From Macrostomum lignano (lineage: Eukaryota), in contig NIVC01000712.1 in NCBI GenBank assembly GCA_002269645.1, positions 372,001 to 436,000 of the forward strand: a stretch of DNA of 64,000 nucleotides, written 5' to 3'. The translations under genes and the position numbers were made by a program. The notes below the pieces were generated by a model, which saw nothing but the letters and a program-made list of their open reading frames with translations, ran no database searches and was not told the DNA's origin. The stretch's first letter is position 1, and every line of letters starts with the position of its first letter. Shown piece by piece: positions 12,257 to 28,100 of the stretch.

Positions 12257-12698
12257 CTGTGGAACCCTGTGGAACCCTGTGGAACCCTGTGAAACCCTGT
12301 GGAACCCTGTGGAACCCTGTGGAACCCTGTGGAACCCTGTGGAACCCTGTGGAACCCTGTGGAACCCTGTGGAACCCTGTGGAACCCTGTGGAACCCTGT
12401 GGAACCCTGTGGAACCCTGTGGAACCCTGTGGAACCCTGTGGAACCCTGTGGAACCCTGTGAAACCCTGTGGAACCCTGTGGAACCCTGTGGAACCCTGT
12501 GGAACCCTGTGGAACCCTGTGGAACCCTGTGGAACCCTGTGGAACCCTGTGGAACCCTGTGGAACCCTGTGGAACCCTGTGGAACCCTGTGGAACCCTGT
12601 GGAACCCTGTGGAACCCTGTGGAACCCTGTGGAACCCTGTGGAACCCTGTGGAACCCTGTGGAACCCTGTGGAACCCTGTGGAACCCTGTGGAACCCC
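12257..12698. repeat. 10-bp minisatellite GGAACCCTGT, ~44 copies
   Basis: Direct inspection. Confidence 0.98.
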
Positions 12699-12987
12699 TG
12701 CGTCTTCTCCTTGTTGCTTTCGGTCCGGTTGGCTAATTGAAGTTATCAGCGCAATTTAGTTTTAAGTAAAAAAATGCATATACTGTGCGTAAAACTCGTT
12801 TTTTCAAGTTTAGTTTTAGACCAACAAAGCACATACGAAACTTGTGCAGCAAATTGAACACGCAGCAGATTGGCTCATTGCACTATCGAGCCGATGATAA
12901 ATTGGTCGCATTCGCAAAGCAGATTGGCTATGCAGTGGGCTCCATCACATTCGTGACATGCATTGGTGAACTGTGTGTTATTGCTTC

Positions 12988-16183
<3,196 letters not shown>

Positions 16184-16609
16184 GGTGAAGCGATTGATAG
16201 ATGATTAGGGTAATTATTTCAATGTTTTGATCTGTATTTATTCTGCGCGGTTGGTTAACGCAACTGGGGTGGATGCAACTGGCGTGGACACGAGCTACGA
16301 AAATGTTCTAAAAATAGAAACACAACCGGACCCTCTCGTTTCTCCAACCCCAGAAGCCCGCAAGCATTTGTACAGTAGGGGGGCAGGGATGCCCATGGAT
16401 TTCCCTTGGAATTGTCCTGGATCGGTCGATTGCGCTCAGAAGGTTCCAGGTTTGGACGGTTATTCCACGGAGAGACTTTAGATCTTCCGTGGATTTGCCT
16501 AAAACATGGCGAGTTACTGATGTTAGTGCTGCTATGTTAGTGCAGGCTCAATGCTGCCGTATTTGTTTATTTTCTACCTCAAGTGCCTCAGTGAAACTGA
16601 ATATTTTGT

Positions 16610-17432
16610 TTTTTTTCTACCAATTTTGGCTTCCTGTCCCCAATTCTGGCTTCCTGTCACTAATTCTGACTTCCTGTCACTAATTCTGACTTCCTGTCTC
16701 TAATTCTGGCTTCCTGTCCCCAATTCTGGCTTCCTGTCACTAATTCTGGCTTCCTGTCCCCAATTCTGGCTTCCTGTCACTAATTCTGGCTTCCTGTCCC
16801 CAATTCTGGCTTCCTGTCACTAATTCTGGCTTCCTGTCACTAATTCTGACTTCCTGTCCCCAATTCTGGCTTCCTGTCACTAATTCTGGCTTCCTGTCAC
16901 TAATTCTGGCTTCCTGTCACTAATTCTGACTTCCTGTCACTAATTCTGACTTCCTGTCACTAATTCTGGCTTCCTGTCACTAATTCTGACTTCCTGTCAC
17001 TAATTCTGACTTCCTGTTTCTAATTCTGGCTTCCTGTCCTTAATTCTGTCTTCCTGTCCCCAATTCTCGCTTCCTGTCACTAATTCTGGCTTCCTGTTCC
17101 TAATTCTGGCTTCCTGTCACTAATTCTGGCTTCCTGTCCCTAATTCTGACTTCCTGTTCCTAATTATGGCTTCCTGTCCCTAATTCTGGCTTCCTGTTCC
17201 TAATTCTGGCTTTCTGTCCCTAATTCTGGCTTCCTGTCTCTAATTCTGGCTTCCTAACACTAATTCTGTCTTCCTGTCTCTAATTCTGGCTTCCTGTCCC
17301 TAATTCTGGCTTCCCGTCACCAATTATGGCTTCCCGTCACCAATTATGACTTCCCGTCACCAATTATGACTTCCCGTCACCAATTATGGCTTCCCGTCAC
17401 CAATTATGGCTTCCCGTCACCAATTATGGCTT
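16610..17432. repeat. 20-bp minisatellite TAATTCTGGCTTCCTGTCAC, ~41 copies
   Basis: Direct inspection; paralogous array at 29911-30240. Confidence 0.95.
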
Positions 17433-18005
17433 GCTACCATGCAATTTTGGCTTTCCTATTCCAATTTGAGCTAACCCATAATCGATTTAGGCTCATGTCA
17501 CCGCTTTTCTCTGAATATATTTCATTGAAAAATTAAAAACAAAAAAAATTCTGCTAGAAAAAAATACAGAAATAGTAGCTCTGGAATACTTGTACTAGAA
17601 GTAGTATGATTCAGTTTAATTCGGTTTAGAATTGAGGGGAAATCATTAAAGTATGCTACACATATGGAAAGGGATATGCAAAAATTATGGCCTTGAAATG
17701 GTTGCGATTGTTTAAATGTTTTAAATTTTATTGGCCAAACAACTTTGTACTTTAGAAGTACATTTTTGCGCGATCATAAAATTTTTAATTTGTTTCACGT
17801 CTGCCTGTAGCAAACTAGCGATAGTACACGAAGTTGCTCCCATCGAGATCGTAATGCCCAGCCGCCTCAGTCCAGCATTCTTCATCGCTAGAGGACAGAC
17901 TCTCTGGCTCTGTGTCCTCCTCTGCATCATCTATGGCGGCTACAGTCACTAAGAAAGGCGAAGCTGGTAGATTCTGGAATTTGAGTTTGCAGTCAAGTTT
18001 CATTG

Positions 18006-19200
18006 CGGATGTCTAACAGCTGACACACGGATGTCTAACAGCTGGACGCACGGATGTCTAACAGCTGACACACGGATGTCTAACAGCTGGACACACAGAT
18101 ATCTAACAGCTGACACAAATGTCCAACAGCTGACACATGGATGTCTAACAGCTGACACACGGATGTCTAACAGCTGACACACGGATGTCTAACAACTGAC
18201 ACACGGATGTCTAACAACTGACAGACGGATGTCTAACAGCTGACACACGGATGTCTAACAACTGACACAAAAATGTCTAACAGCTGACACATGGATGTCT
18301 AACAGCTGACACACGGATGTCTAACAGACTGACACACGAATGTCTAACAGACTGACACACGGATGTCTAACAGACTGACACACGGATGTCTAACAGACTG
18401 ACACACGGATGTCTAACAACTGACACACGGATGTCTAACAGCTGACACACAAATGTCTAACAGCTGACACATGGATGTCTAACAGCTGACACACGGATGT
18501 CTAACAGACTGACACACGAATGTCTAACAGACTGACACACAGATGTCTAACAGACTGACACACGGATATCTAACAGCTGACACACAAATGTCTAACAGCT
18601 GACACATGGATGTCTAACAGCTGACACACGGATGTCTAACAGACTGACACACGGATGTCTAACAGACTGACACACAGATGTCTAATAGACTGACACACGG
18701 ATGTCTAACAGACTGACACACGGATGTCTAACAGCTGACACATGGATGTCTAACAGCTGACACACGGATGTCTAACAGCTGACACACGGATGTCTAACAG
18801 CTGACACACGGATATCTAACAGCTGGACACATGGATGTCTAACAGCTGACACACGGATGTCTAACAGACTGACACACGGATGTCTAACAGACTGACACAT
18901 GGATGTCTAACAGCTGACACACGGATATCTAACAGCTGACACACAAATGTCTAACAGCTGACACATGGATGTCTAACAGCTGACACACGGATGTCTAACA
19001 GCTGACACACGGATGTCTAACAGCTGACACACGGATGTCTAACAGCTGGACACACGGATGTCTAACAGCTGACACACGGATATCTAACAGCTGACACACG
19101 GATGTCTAACAGACTGACACACGGATGTCTAACAGCTGACATACATATGTATAACAGACTGACACACGGATATCTAACAGCTGGACACATGGATGTACAA
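18006..19200. repeat. 22-bp minisatellite CTGACACACGGATGTCTAACAG in the last intron of X_A
   Basis: Direct inspection; paralog at 30805-32232. Confidence 0.95.
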
Positions 19201-20419
19201 CAGTCCGACACAGAGACCAATAATGTTAAAGGACCCGAGGGCCGAAATTATCTGACCCCCGTATTAGCTTTAACCACTTTAACTTCAGGTAAAATTTCAC
19301 AATGTTCCAGATTTCAGTTACAATAGCTGAAGTTGAAGTTGCAGTAAATAGCACAAAATTCAGCTTAGATTATAAACAATAACTACAGAATGATACTTTC
19401 AAGAAAACAGCTCGTAATCTGATTCGAAAATAGCCAGATTTTAATCTAATTTCGCAAGTTCGCTTTCCAATGAGATTTTTATTACAAGCGTATGTTATTA
19501 TTTAAAATAGCTGGTAATTTTGCAAAAGTAGAACTTCAGCCAGCAGCTTGTAAACAGTTTATACAGTGTTTACCATCACTGCAGCGTGCCCATATCAATT
19601 TGATGGCTACTGGTATGATTGCATTTTTGAGTATGGTCACACTTGCGACTTAACCTACTCATGATAAACTACGTAATGAATGCATGCATGCACCATACCT
19701 GATGAAAGGCCCCTGAGGCTGCTGTGGAGACTGTGCAATCGGTTTCGCTGCCAAGCTCGTCATCATTCGACTGATCGTACGAGTATAGCGAGGACGTCGT
19801 TCTCACTCTGGAGAATCTGACAGCCAGCTTGCAGCCCAGACCGATGGCGGAGACTGCAACTGCAAGCAGAAATATGCTGACGAATATTCGCTTGGCGTTC
19901 GCGGACGATTTCCCTGTGGAATTGAAATGAGGCCATTGATTTTAGTGCTATCGGCAGGTAAAATCAGATCTGCAGTTATTTGGTCAGCACTCACTTCCAG
20001 TTGAGAACTTGGCTTCAACATCCGGGTACGGCAGGCCTGACTGACTGACGCTGCACCTGACCAGCCAGTCCCGGCTTTCCTGACCTTCGGGCAGCCGAGC
20101 CCAGTGAGAGCTGCTGAAGCCAGTCTGCTGCAGTTTGCATTGGCGAGCTTCTATAATTATCAATTTATTGCTAAAAGCATTGCGATTCCTCTGAACTTAC
20201 CTGTGCGCTGCTCATTTTTAGCCGGATGCGGGCCGCTGCACCGCCACCGACTTCGGTTAGCCAGCAGTTGTGGCTGACATTCCATACGCTGCACTGCTGT
20301 GACGTCACTCTGACTGTAAGCCATCGATGCTGGGTGCTGATCAGGTGGATGACCGTCACGCAGGGCTCTGCAGCGATTGGCAGTGTGCTTAAAATGAAAT
20401 AATAGTAATATTGTCGTAT

Positions 20420-20710
20420 TAATAATAATAATTGAGTACACCTTGACCTGATGGCCAGATGTGCAACCGACAGCTCAGCCGCAGCTATTGCGCGGCGCAT
20501 CTGAAGGCTGCGTACGGCTGTTCAGTCAGCGCCACACACAGCCTCAATTACCCCAGCTAATGCTGGCACCCATTTTACAGCTGGGTGAACTGAAGAAATG
20601 CAGAGTTAAGTGTGTTTTTCATGGACACAAATTGTTCCCAATGGGATAGGGAATCGAACCCCCGACCTTCAAGTCGTGAGTCCGACGCTCTAACTATTAG
20701 GTTACAAACC
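20420..20710 (-). mobile_element. tRNA-derived CORE-type SINE in X_A intron 8
   Basis: Minus strand has A/B boxes (TAATAGTTAGAG, GTTCGATTCC), then CACTTAACTCTGCATTTCTTCAGTTCACCCAGCTGTAAAATGGG resembling the MIR/CORE domain, and an (AAT)n tail. Confidence 0.75.
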
Positions 20711-22245
20711 CGGAAATTTGGAATGTAAATTGACCCATTAATTCTGTCGACTTTTCTGTTTTTGAAGAATTAAAAAGCAGTTTAAAAATACTTGGAGTTT
20801 GAATCTTATGCAGACAGACAGGACATAAAAGGTACCAAATTATGTACAGATTCAATTATATAAACTTTTCAGAAAAAAGCTCACCACTTATTGCTGATAT
20901 GAAATAGTGCTCATTTCTTTGCACTGCAACGTTATCCTCCACTTGGACTCCAAGCCCGCTCTCGCATTCCAACGTGCCGTTCAGCATCGCGGCGCTGACC
21001 TGGAATCTGAACTGAGACGCCACGACCACAAAGGCCTGATTTTTGTCATCTTTTGCGACAGCTTTTTTTACCTGGAAATTGTTTAAAGGTCAGCAACGAG
21101 TAGCAATAAACACTAAAATTAATAGGCACAGTTGATCTCACGGGGCTGTAGTGTAGAAAGAGAAGTTATGAGTTCATCTCACATTCGTGCGATTTTCATC
21201 CAGACGCCACTCAGAGCTGGCAGAACTGATGCTGCAGCTGTGATGCAGTGCTGGGTAAGCCGGAGCTGATGTGACATTCACAGTGACGCTGCTGCCGCTG
21301 ACCCACACGGGTGACACCGATATTGTCAGGCTGGCAGGGGGAACTGAAATAAACATGTTGAAGTAATTGCAATATCAACTTCCAGGATACATATTTCTGA
21401 TTAAAACGCTCTCACATGAAATCCCAATAGTCTGCTCAATGCGCTCAGCAGGTCGGTCTGTCAGAAAGCAGCTGAGTGTCGCATCGTGCATTGCCGAGGT
21501 GGCTCTGAGTTCGAACACGGCAGGCTGCGTCTGGCTGTTCAGCTGCCGTGATGGAGAGTTTTATAAGAGAATTTAGCAAAGCTCCACACAATTCGAAATC
21601 TATTTAAAAAGATTAACGCACCTGTCTCAGTTGATGAGTCAGCTATACTTCAAGAGACAGCCAAGCGAGCCGTCAAGACAGCTCGAAACCGAGAGGCAGG
21701 CCAAGTCCCCAGCCTTCATGACTTGCAAGTTTTTAAGCGGACATTGCGAACTGTTCATCACGGTGAGGTTCAGTGGAGCAACAGGACCTAAAAAACCGTC
21801 ACGTCCTGTCACTCGATTGTCTTAAAAATCAACGAATCATTTAGAAGTAGGCAGACTGTTCATATTTTAATAAAGACCTGACAGTTTCATGGCACTCCAA
21901 CATAGCGGAGCTTTCGTCCAGCTCCTGACCAGCATGTACCGAACTGTGCTCTGAAGCAGAAAATACATGTACCCTTTCTTTTACTTTTATTGAAAGAAGC
22001 AATAAATAAATAATGCAATCCCGCACAGGTGCACTACGAGTTTGAGAAAAACGTTGCTACCTCCTTGTAAGCTCTTCCGAGCTGCTTCCAGCGGCTGCTG
22101 CTGTTGAAGGCCTCCCAGCTGGCGTCGCACGGATCCTCCAGCTGCAGCTCCAGTGGGAGGCTCGAGGCTCCGACCGCTGACACGGGCGAGCCGACCGGAG
22201 CTGCTGTGTGCCACTGGCCATCTGCAACACGAGTGCTTGGCTGCT

Positions 22246-22461
22246 AGCTGGTCTCACACTGTCTCAGAGTGCTAATTAGATGCTAGCTGGTCTCACACTG
22301 TCTCAGAGTGCTAATTAGATGCTAGCTGGTCTCACACTGTCTCAGAGTGCTAATTAGATGCTAGCTGGTCTCACACTGTCTCAGAGTGCTAATTAGATGC
22401 TAGCTGGTCTCACACTGTCTCAGAGTGCTAATTAGATGCTAGCTGGCCTCACACTGTCTCA
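22246..22461. repeat. 39-bp minisatellite GCTAGCTGGTCTCACACTGTCTCAGAGTGCTAATTAGAT, ~5.5 copies (X_A intron 2)
   Basis: Direct inspection. Confidence 0.95.
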
Positions 22462-23986
22462 AACTTTGTGTCCCAGACTCCCTCTGCCTCATCATGCATC
22501 ATGAGAATGAGTCGGTCAGCGTCACTCACCCCAGTCTCGAACGCTCACCGCCTCCAGCATCATCGGCTGCCTCAGCTGCATCACAAGCCACCGAGGCCCG
22601 GACCGCACAGCAGCAGGGAATCGGTTTGTCTCTGACTGCCGACTCTCCCACCAACGGCAGTGCGCACCGCTGGGTTGCCAGGTGCGCAGAACGTCAGCCC
22701 TGCTCAGCTGCACTGTCACTGCAACATGTTTGTTAAAAAGAACTCAGCTTTCGTGTCCGGCGCATGAAAAAACGGTTAATAAAGAGTTTGCTTCAAGTTG
22801 TTAGCCAAACTTTTCCAGCTTACGATTTTCGTTGTCTTGTGTGCAGTTTGAGAACGCCTTGAGGACCTGCAGACTGAGAACGAGAAATAGCAGAAGCTTC
22901 CTGCACCGCCAGCAAGCCATTCGGGCGTTGCAGTTTATTTACAAACGCTGACGGTTGAAAGCGTCTTGGCTGAAAATCGTTACCATTTTTAATTGATTTC
23001 GGACCGGTGTTTTACGCAGAAACGACTGGTCTTGGACTGGTTAATCACGAGTGGGTGTCTCTGCAATCGCTGCATCTAAAATAAGTATACGGCCATCTAA
23101 ATTGGGTTTGATATAACTATATTTATAATTTCGTCTCCGAAAGCAGCCAAATCGACTCTAATTGGATTGCAACTATGTAAACCAGGGGTCCAAACATTCG
23201 AGATAGCTTGTGTATTTATATTTTCAGATCAGTGGAAAAACGCCTTCGAATAATTCGCTTGTATTCGTAGCTAGACAAGCAAAGCGAGTTTTCTGCACAG
23301 AAAGCCATCCTAAAGTCACTAGTATTTTCGCGTTGTTTTTCCGACTAATTTTACTAAAAGTAGTGAAGTAAGGAAAACTCTAGCAGTAATTATTTGCGGG
23401 AAAAATTCAATTTACTGAAAACAGTGGCTACACACAATAAAGTAAAAAAGTGTGTGAAATGGATGCCAGTAACTACAAATTTGCACGAGTTTAAAAAGAA
23501 ACAAAAAATATATTTACAAATTTACAAAAGTCGAATTGTCGAAAATTTAAATACAACTTTCCTTTTTTAGTTTGACTTTACGATTAAAAGCTAATAGTGA
23601 GATTCGGCAAAAAGTTTATTGTGAGGGATTAAAAATATGAATAATGCACAAGAGAAATACGAGAATGCTTGCTTCTCAAAATTAGGCTGATCGGGCAGTT
23701 TTTGTGACGAAAGCTCACAATGGGTAAAATGTAAAAATCCAATATTATGATTATAACGAGAAATAAAAAAAAAAACATTAATTATCGTAAACCTTCACTA
23801 CTGGTGATAAAATTGACGATACGCAATTAAGTATACGTATACTAAAGAACCCATGTTGAGTTGAGTCTACAGTGGACTCGAAAAAGTCAGCAGCCATTAG
23901 TTTAGAAATAATCTACAAAATATATTTATACATTTTGGTTTACTTTCAAAAACTTTTTGCAATTTTTCGTTTTTTTGCGTAAGCGT

Positions 23987-24237
23987 CAGGAGCGTTGCCA
24001 CCCCACCTTTGTTGACCTGTTGTGGAAATCAAGTATTTTGCTTCAGGGCGCCAAAATGAGTGCCTGCGGTGCCAAGATGAGTGTCTGCGGCGCTAAGATA
24101 AGTGCCTGCGGCGTAAAAATGATCGCTGACAACACCGATTCTGAAAAGAATGTACATGTAGAAATTTAGTCATGAACATGTACATGTAGAATTCTTGGCT
24201 TTCTCCACCCACTATAAAATCCATGGCGACGCCTTTG
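23987..24237. mobile_element. hAT-type MITE, copy in unit A
   Basis: TIR CAGGAGCGTTGCCA / TGGCGACGCCTTTG; 8-bp TSD GTAAGCGT at 23979-23986 and 24238-24245. Confidence 0.75.
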
Positions 24238-25108
24238 GTAAGCGTTAAGCCTAGCTTGAAGTGATAAGATCGCAGGTATGAAATTATCTGACAGTGATGT
24301 TACAATATACAACAGGTTTGAACAGTATAACTGTTAATTCGTATGGAACCTCAATACTCGCCGTATCTGAGGCTTATTTGCTCAAACTGCAAGTCTTTGA
24401 TATGAGGCGGTGTTTTTATAGAACACACGGTGCTAGGACTGGAGTTTCTTTGACTCGCTGATGAGTGGCGATGGCGCACAAAAAGTACGAGTGCGAGTGC
24501 AATTGTGAATACACCAAGCACTACGGCACCAGCAAGCCCGATAACCAAAGCGATACGAGGCTGCTGGCCAGTGGCGTTTGTATCCGCTATAACCGTCGCG
24601 TCATTAATTGAACTTGCTGAGCTCATCACGGCTGAGCTTTTCTTCATCTGCTTTAATATTTGGATCAGCTCTTTTGAGTAGCCGTGTGTGCAGCTCGCAG
24701 TCTCCGGTAAGCTCAGCAGCGACAGCATTGGGCTGCTGCAGTGGCCGAACTCGACCGCAGGTCTGTCTGATTCAGCAACATTCAGAGTGGCACACCTGCC
24801 AGTGGTAGACTCTGGCGACACTCTGGTTTTTAAAGAAACATTTTTTACCGCAATTTAAGGCCCACTTTTACGTGAACTATACTAGCATTAGGACTTACTT
24901 AAAGTCAGCAGGTAGCTGAATTGGTAGGCAACCATTGTCCCTCTTGGACATAACGGACATCACGGTTTTATCAGTCTTGAGAAACACGCCTAAACGCAAC
25001 GGCTGGCTCAGACTCAGGGGCCGTCTGTACGGGATTTCTTTAAGCTTGGCTTCGTCTGAAATTGAAATTAATAATCTGATTTAATTGTTTTATTACTAAT
25101 GACGTCTG

Positions 25109-28100
25109 TGCTGTGGCTATAAGCCAAGCCAAGTCGCACCATAGACAAAAAGTCGAGCCGAAGATCGGCTAGTTAATTTAAGTTCAAGACTTGTTCATTA
25201 AACTTAAATTAACTAGCAGACTTGTCCAGCCAATGATCGGAAACAACATGCTCAACATGATCGACATTGAGAAGCTCGAGGAAGGAAAGTCGTTTCCACG
25301 ATGGATGGAACGCTTCACAGTTACGGCCAATCTCTGCAAATGGGGAGAGGAAGAAAAGGCGCTGATTTTGCTCATGCGTCTGTCTGCTGGTCTGTACGAC
25401 ACGCTGGCGGATCATCTGGCTCCTACATTACCGAGCACATTGTCTTTCGAAGAGCTCAAAAAGGCGCTGAAGGAGATCCTGGTGCCTAAAACATATCTCC
25501 TGTCTGAACGGTACGCCTTTCAAAATGCCAAGAAGGACGCAAAAGAGGGCATTCGAGCATTCGCTGAGAGGCTGCTCAAAGCGTCGGATAAATGTGCATT
25601 TAGCAACAAGGAGGAACGGCTCCGGGACCAATTCATCTGCGGACTGAATGACAAGGTCATCATAGCAAAGCTGCTAATCCGAGATTTTGAGGAGCTAACC
25701 TTCAAGGCTGCTGTGGCGGAAGCCGAGGCGTATGCGTCACTGAAGGACACACATATAATGCAGTCAGCGACGGCATCAAAAGCAGAAGGGACGGTCATGA
25801 AAATCGGCCGCTCAAAACCAACACTGTCAAAGCCGATCGCACCCAGAGGAGACAAGAAGTGCCCTCGTTGTGGTGGCAACCAGCATCCAAAGGCAGCATG
25901 TCCGGCTATGGGAAAAACCTGCAAGAGATGCGGTAAGCCAAACCACTTTCAAAAGGCATGTCGGTCAAGCGTATCCAGTCAACAGAACTTTGTGGCTGAG
26001 GATTCTGCACAAAGAGACATTTTGCACACTGACACTGGCAGAGAAGCGTCGTGCTCTACAGTGAAGCTGGCTTGTCAAGTAGAAGGCAAAATGCAATCCA
26101 TAATCTGTCAGATTGACACAGGAGCTTCGGTTTCAGTTTTGTCCAGCAAGCTGTGGTGAAAATTTGGAAAGCCGAAGTTGCGAGGTAGCACCTCGACTTT
26201 GGTGGGCTACACCGACGGACACAAATTCGACCAATTGGGCTCATTGCCTGTCGTCACGGAATGGAAAGGAAGAAACATCAAGATTACGTTTCAAGTAGTA
26301 CGCTCAAACCGCAACTTTGCATTGCTCGGACGAGATGTCATCAAATTCAATCCGGAATGCGTCTCTATTGGACATACAGAGATGAAGGACTCAGTTCCAT
26401 TCAAGGCAAGCTTACGATTATTCGATGGCGCAGTGTCCAAGTACATCAAAGCGAGGCCTGTGCCATTTGCATTGCGCGAGCGTCTGAAATGCGAGATCGA
26501 CAAGCTTGTGACTGACGGAGTTATCGAGCAAGTTAGCTTTTCGCAGTGGGCGTCACCCATTGTGACTGTGCAAAAACCCAATGGCGGTCTCAGGATCTGT
26601 GTCGACTATAAGACGACAGTCAATCCACAGCTACAGCAGGATAGCTACCCGTTGCCGACAGTTGAAGAAGCATTCGCAGCAGTGACAAATTGCGAATACT
26701 ACACGATTTTGGATCTCGAGAAGGCATATAACCAGGTGCACCTAGACGACTCTTCCAAGGATATCACTGTGATGTCTACACCATTCGGGAACTTCAGATA
26801 CAACCGCCTTGTCTTCGGATTAAAGACTGCCCCCAGTATTTTCCAACGTTATATGGTGGAAGTTATTCAAGGAATTTCTGGAGCAGTAGCATATTTCGAT
26901 GATATTCTCATTGGCGGCGAGACCAAAGAAGACCTCAGAGACAGAGAAGCTGAAGTTAGAGCACGGTTGGCCAAGCACAACTTGACAGTAAACGAGGAAA
27001 AATGTCAGATAATGCAGACTCGGGTCCACTTTCTGGGTCACATTCTCGAGTCAGGGACAGTGAAGCCAGATGAAGAGAAGGTGCGCGCGTTAAGGGAGAT
27101 GTCAGCCCCGAAAAATCTACCGGAATTGGAATCGTTTCTTGGCCTCGTTAATTTCTGCGGTAAATTTATTCGCAACCTCGCAGAACTCATTGAGCCCCTG
27201 TCACAGCTTAGACGCAGAGGAGCCGAGTTCACTTGGGCAGACAAGCACGAACAAGCCTTCAATAAGGTCAAGATGGCACTGTCAGCTGAGTCTATGCTGC
27301 ATTCGTACGATCCGAAGAAACCAGTGGAGATCGAATGTGACGCTTCGCAGGTGGCCATTGGTGGTGTGCTCTCTCAGGAAGGCAGGCCCATAATCTTCAT
27401 TAGCAAGTTGTTGTCACCGGCGGAGAAGAGATATTCGCAGATCGAACGCGAAGCATTAGCGATTGTCTGGGGCATTCGGCGGTGTCACCGGTTCCTTTGT
27501 GGCAGAGAATTCTCACTAGTAACTGACCACCGCCCTCTGACCTTCGTGTTCGGACCCTCCAGTCAGCTACCAGAAAGGGTTTCGGCACGCCTGCAAAGAT
27601 GGGCTATTTTATTGTCCGGTTACAACTACAGCATAAAATATCGGAAGTCGGCGGAGATGCGATCTGATGCACTATCTAGGCTTGTAAACGCTTCGACGGA
27701 GGCTCCAACTCACGCGATTGGTGCAATTCATCTTTCAGAAAGTCATCTGCTCAAGCTGACCGATATTCGGTTTTGGTCCAGGAAGTGCCACGAACTGCGA
27801 ACTCTCAGAGAGGCAATTCAAACTGGACAGTTCTCGAACAGTGAGATGCGTAGCTACAAACCACTGGCTGGAGAACTAACAACTGAGGGAGACTTGGTGC
27901 TTCGTGGGTCCAAGATAGTGTTACCAGTTGCGCTTCGAGATAAAGCAGTGAACGCAGCTCACGGAGTACACCTAGGCATGACACGCACTAAGTCTCTATT
28001 GCGCGAGTACTTCTGGTGGCCAGGTGTCGATAAGGCTGTGGAGCGTGTAGTTGGTTGTTGTCTGACATGCAAGAAAGAGAAGCCTCTAAATCGGAATTTC

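Larger units (their letters stand above)
17815..22920 (-). pseudogene. Family X receptor, copy X_A (12 exons), frameshifted by a 7-bp deletion in exon 5
   Basis: Exons 22824-22920, 22530-22718, 22061-22221, 21878-21950, 21622-21787, 21416-21542, 21183-21343, 20885-21035, 20201-20367, 19995-20127, 19699-19913, 17815-17973. All match X_B in length except exon 5 (166 vs 173 bp), which gives LLKYS-stop. Confidence 0.8.

Noticed and set aside
11006-12740. Long repetitive ORFs ([18 protein letters not shown] and similar)
   Set aside because: They are read-through of stop-free minisatellites in several frames, with no splice or start context. The same applies to ORFs at 15079-15731, 29321-30238, 43002-43634, 50054-50759, 52719-53523 and 56804-57264.
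19695-19775. Hammerhead-like CTGATGA / TTTCG motifs (also ~32690-32760)
   Set aside because: Stems I-III do not form, and the sequence is explained as the X TM/cytoplasmic exon.
20641-20710. tRNA gene (also 56010-56078)
   Set aside because: A/B boxes continue into a CORE domain and simple-repeat tail with no complete cloverleaf, so these are SINE heads.
26157-26159. Programmed gag-pol stop readthrough
   Set aside because: The TGA lies inside the protease, after DTGAS, and the element also has an integrase frameshift. It is best read as a nonsense mutation, possibly CGA to TGA.
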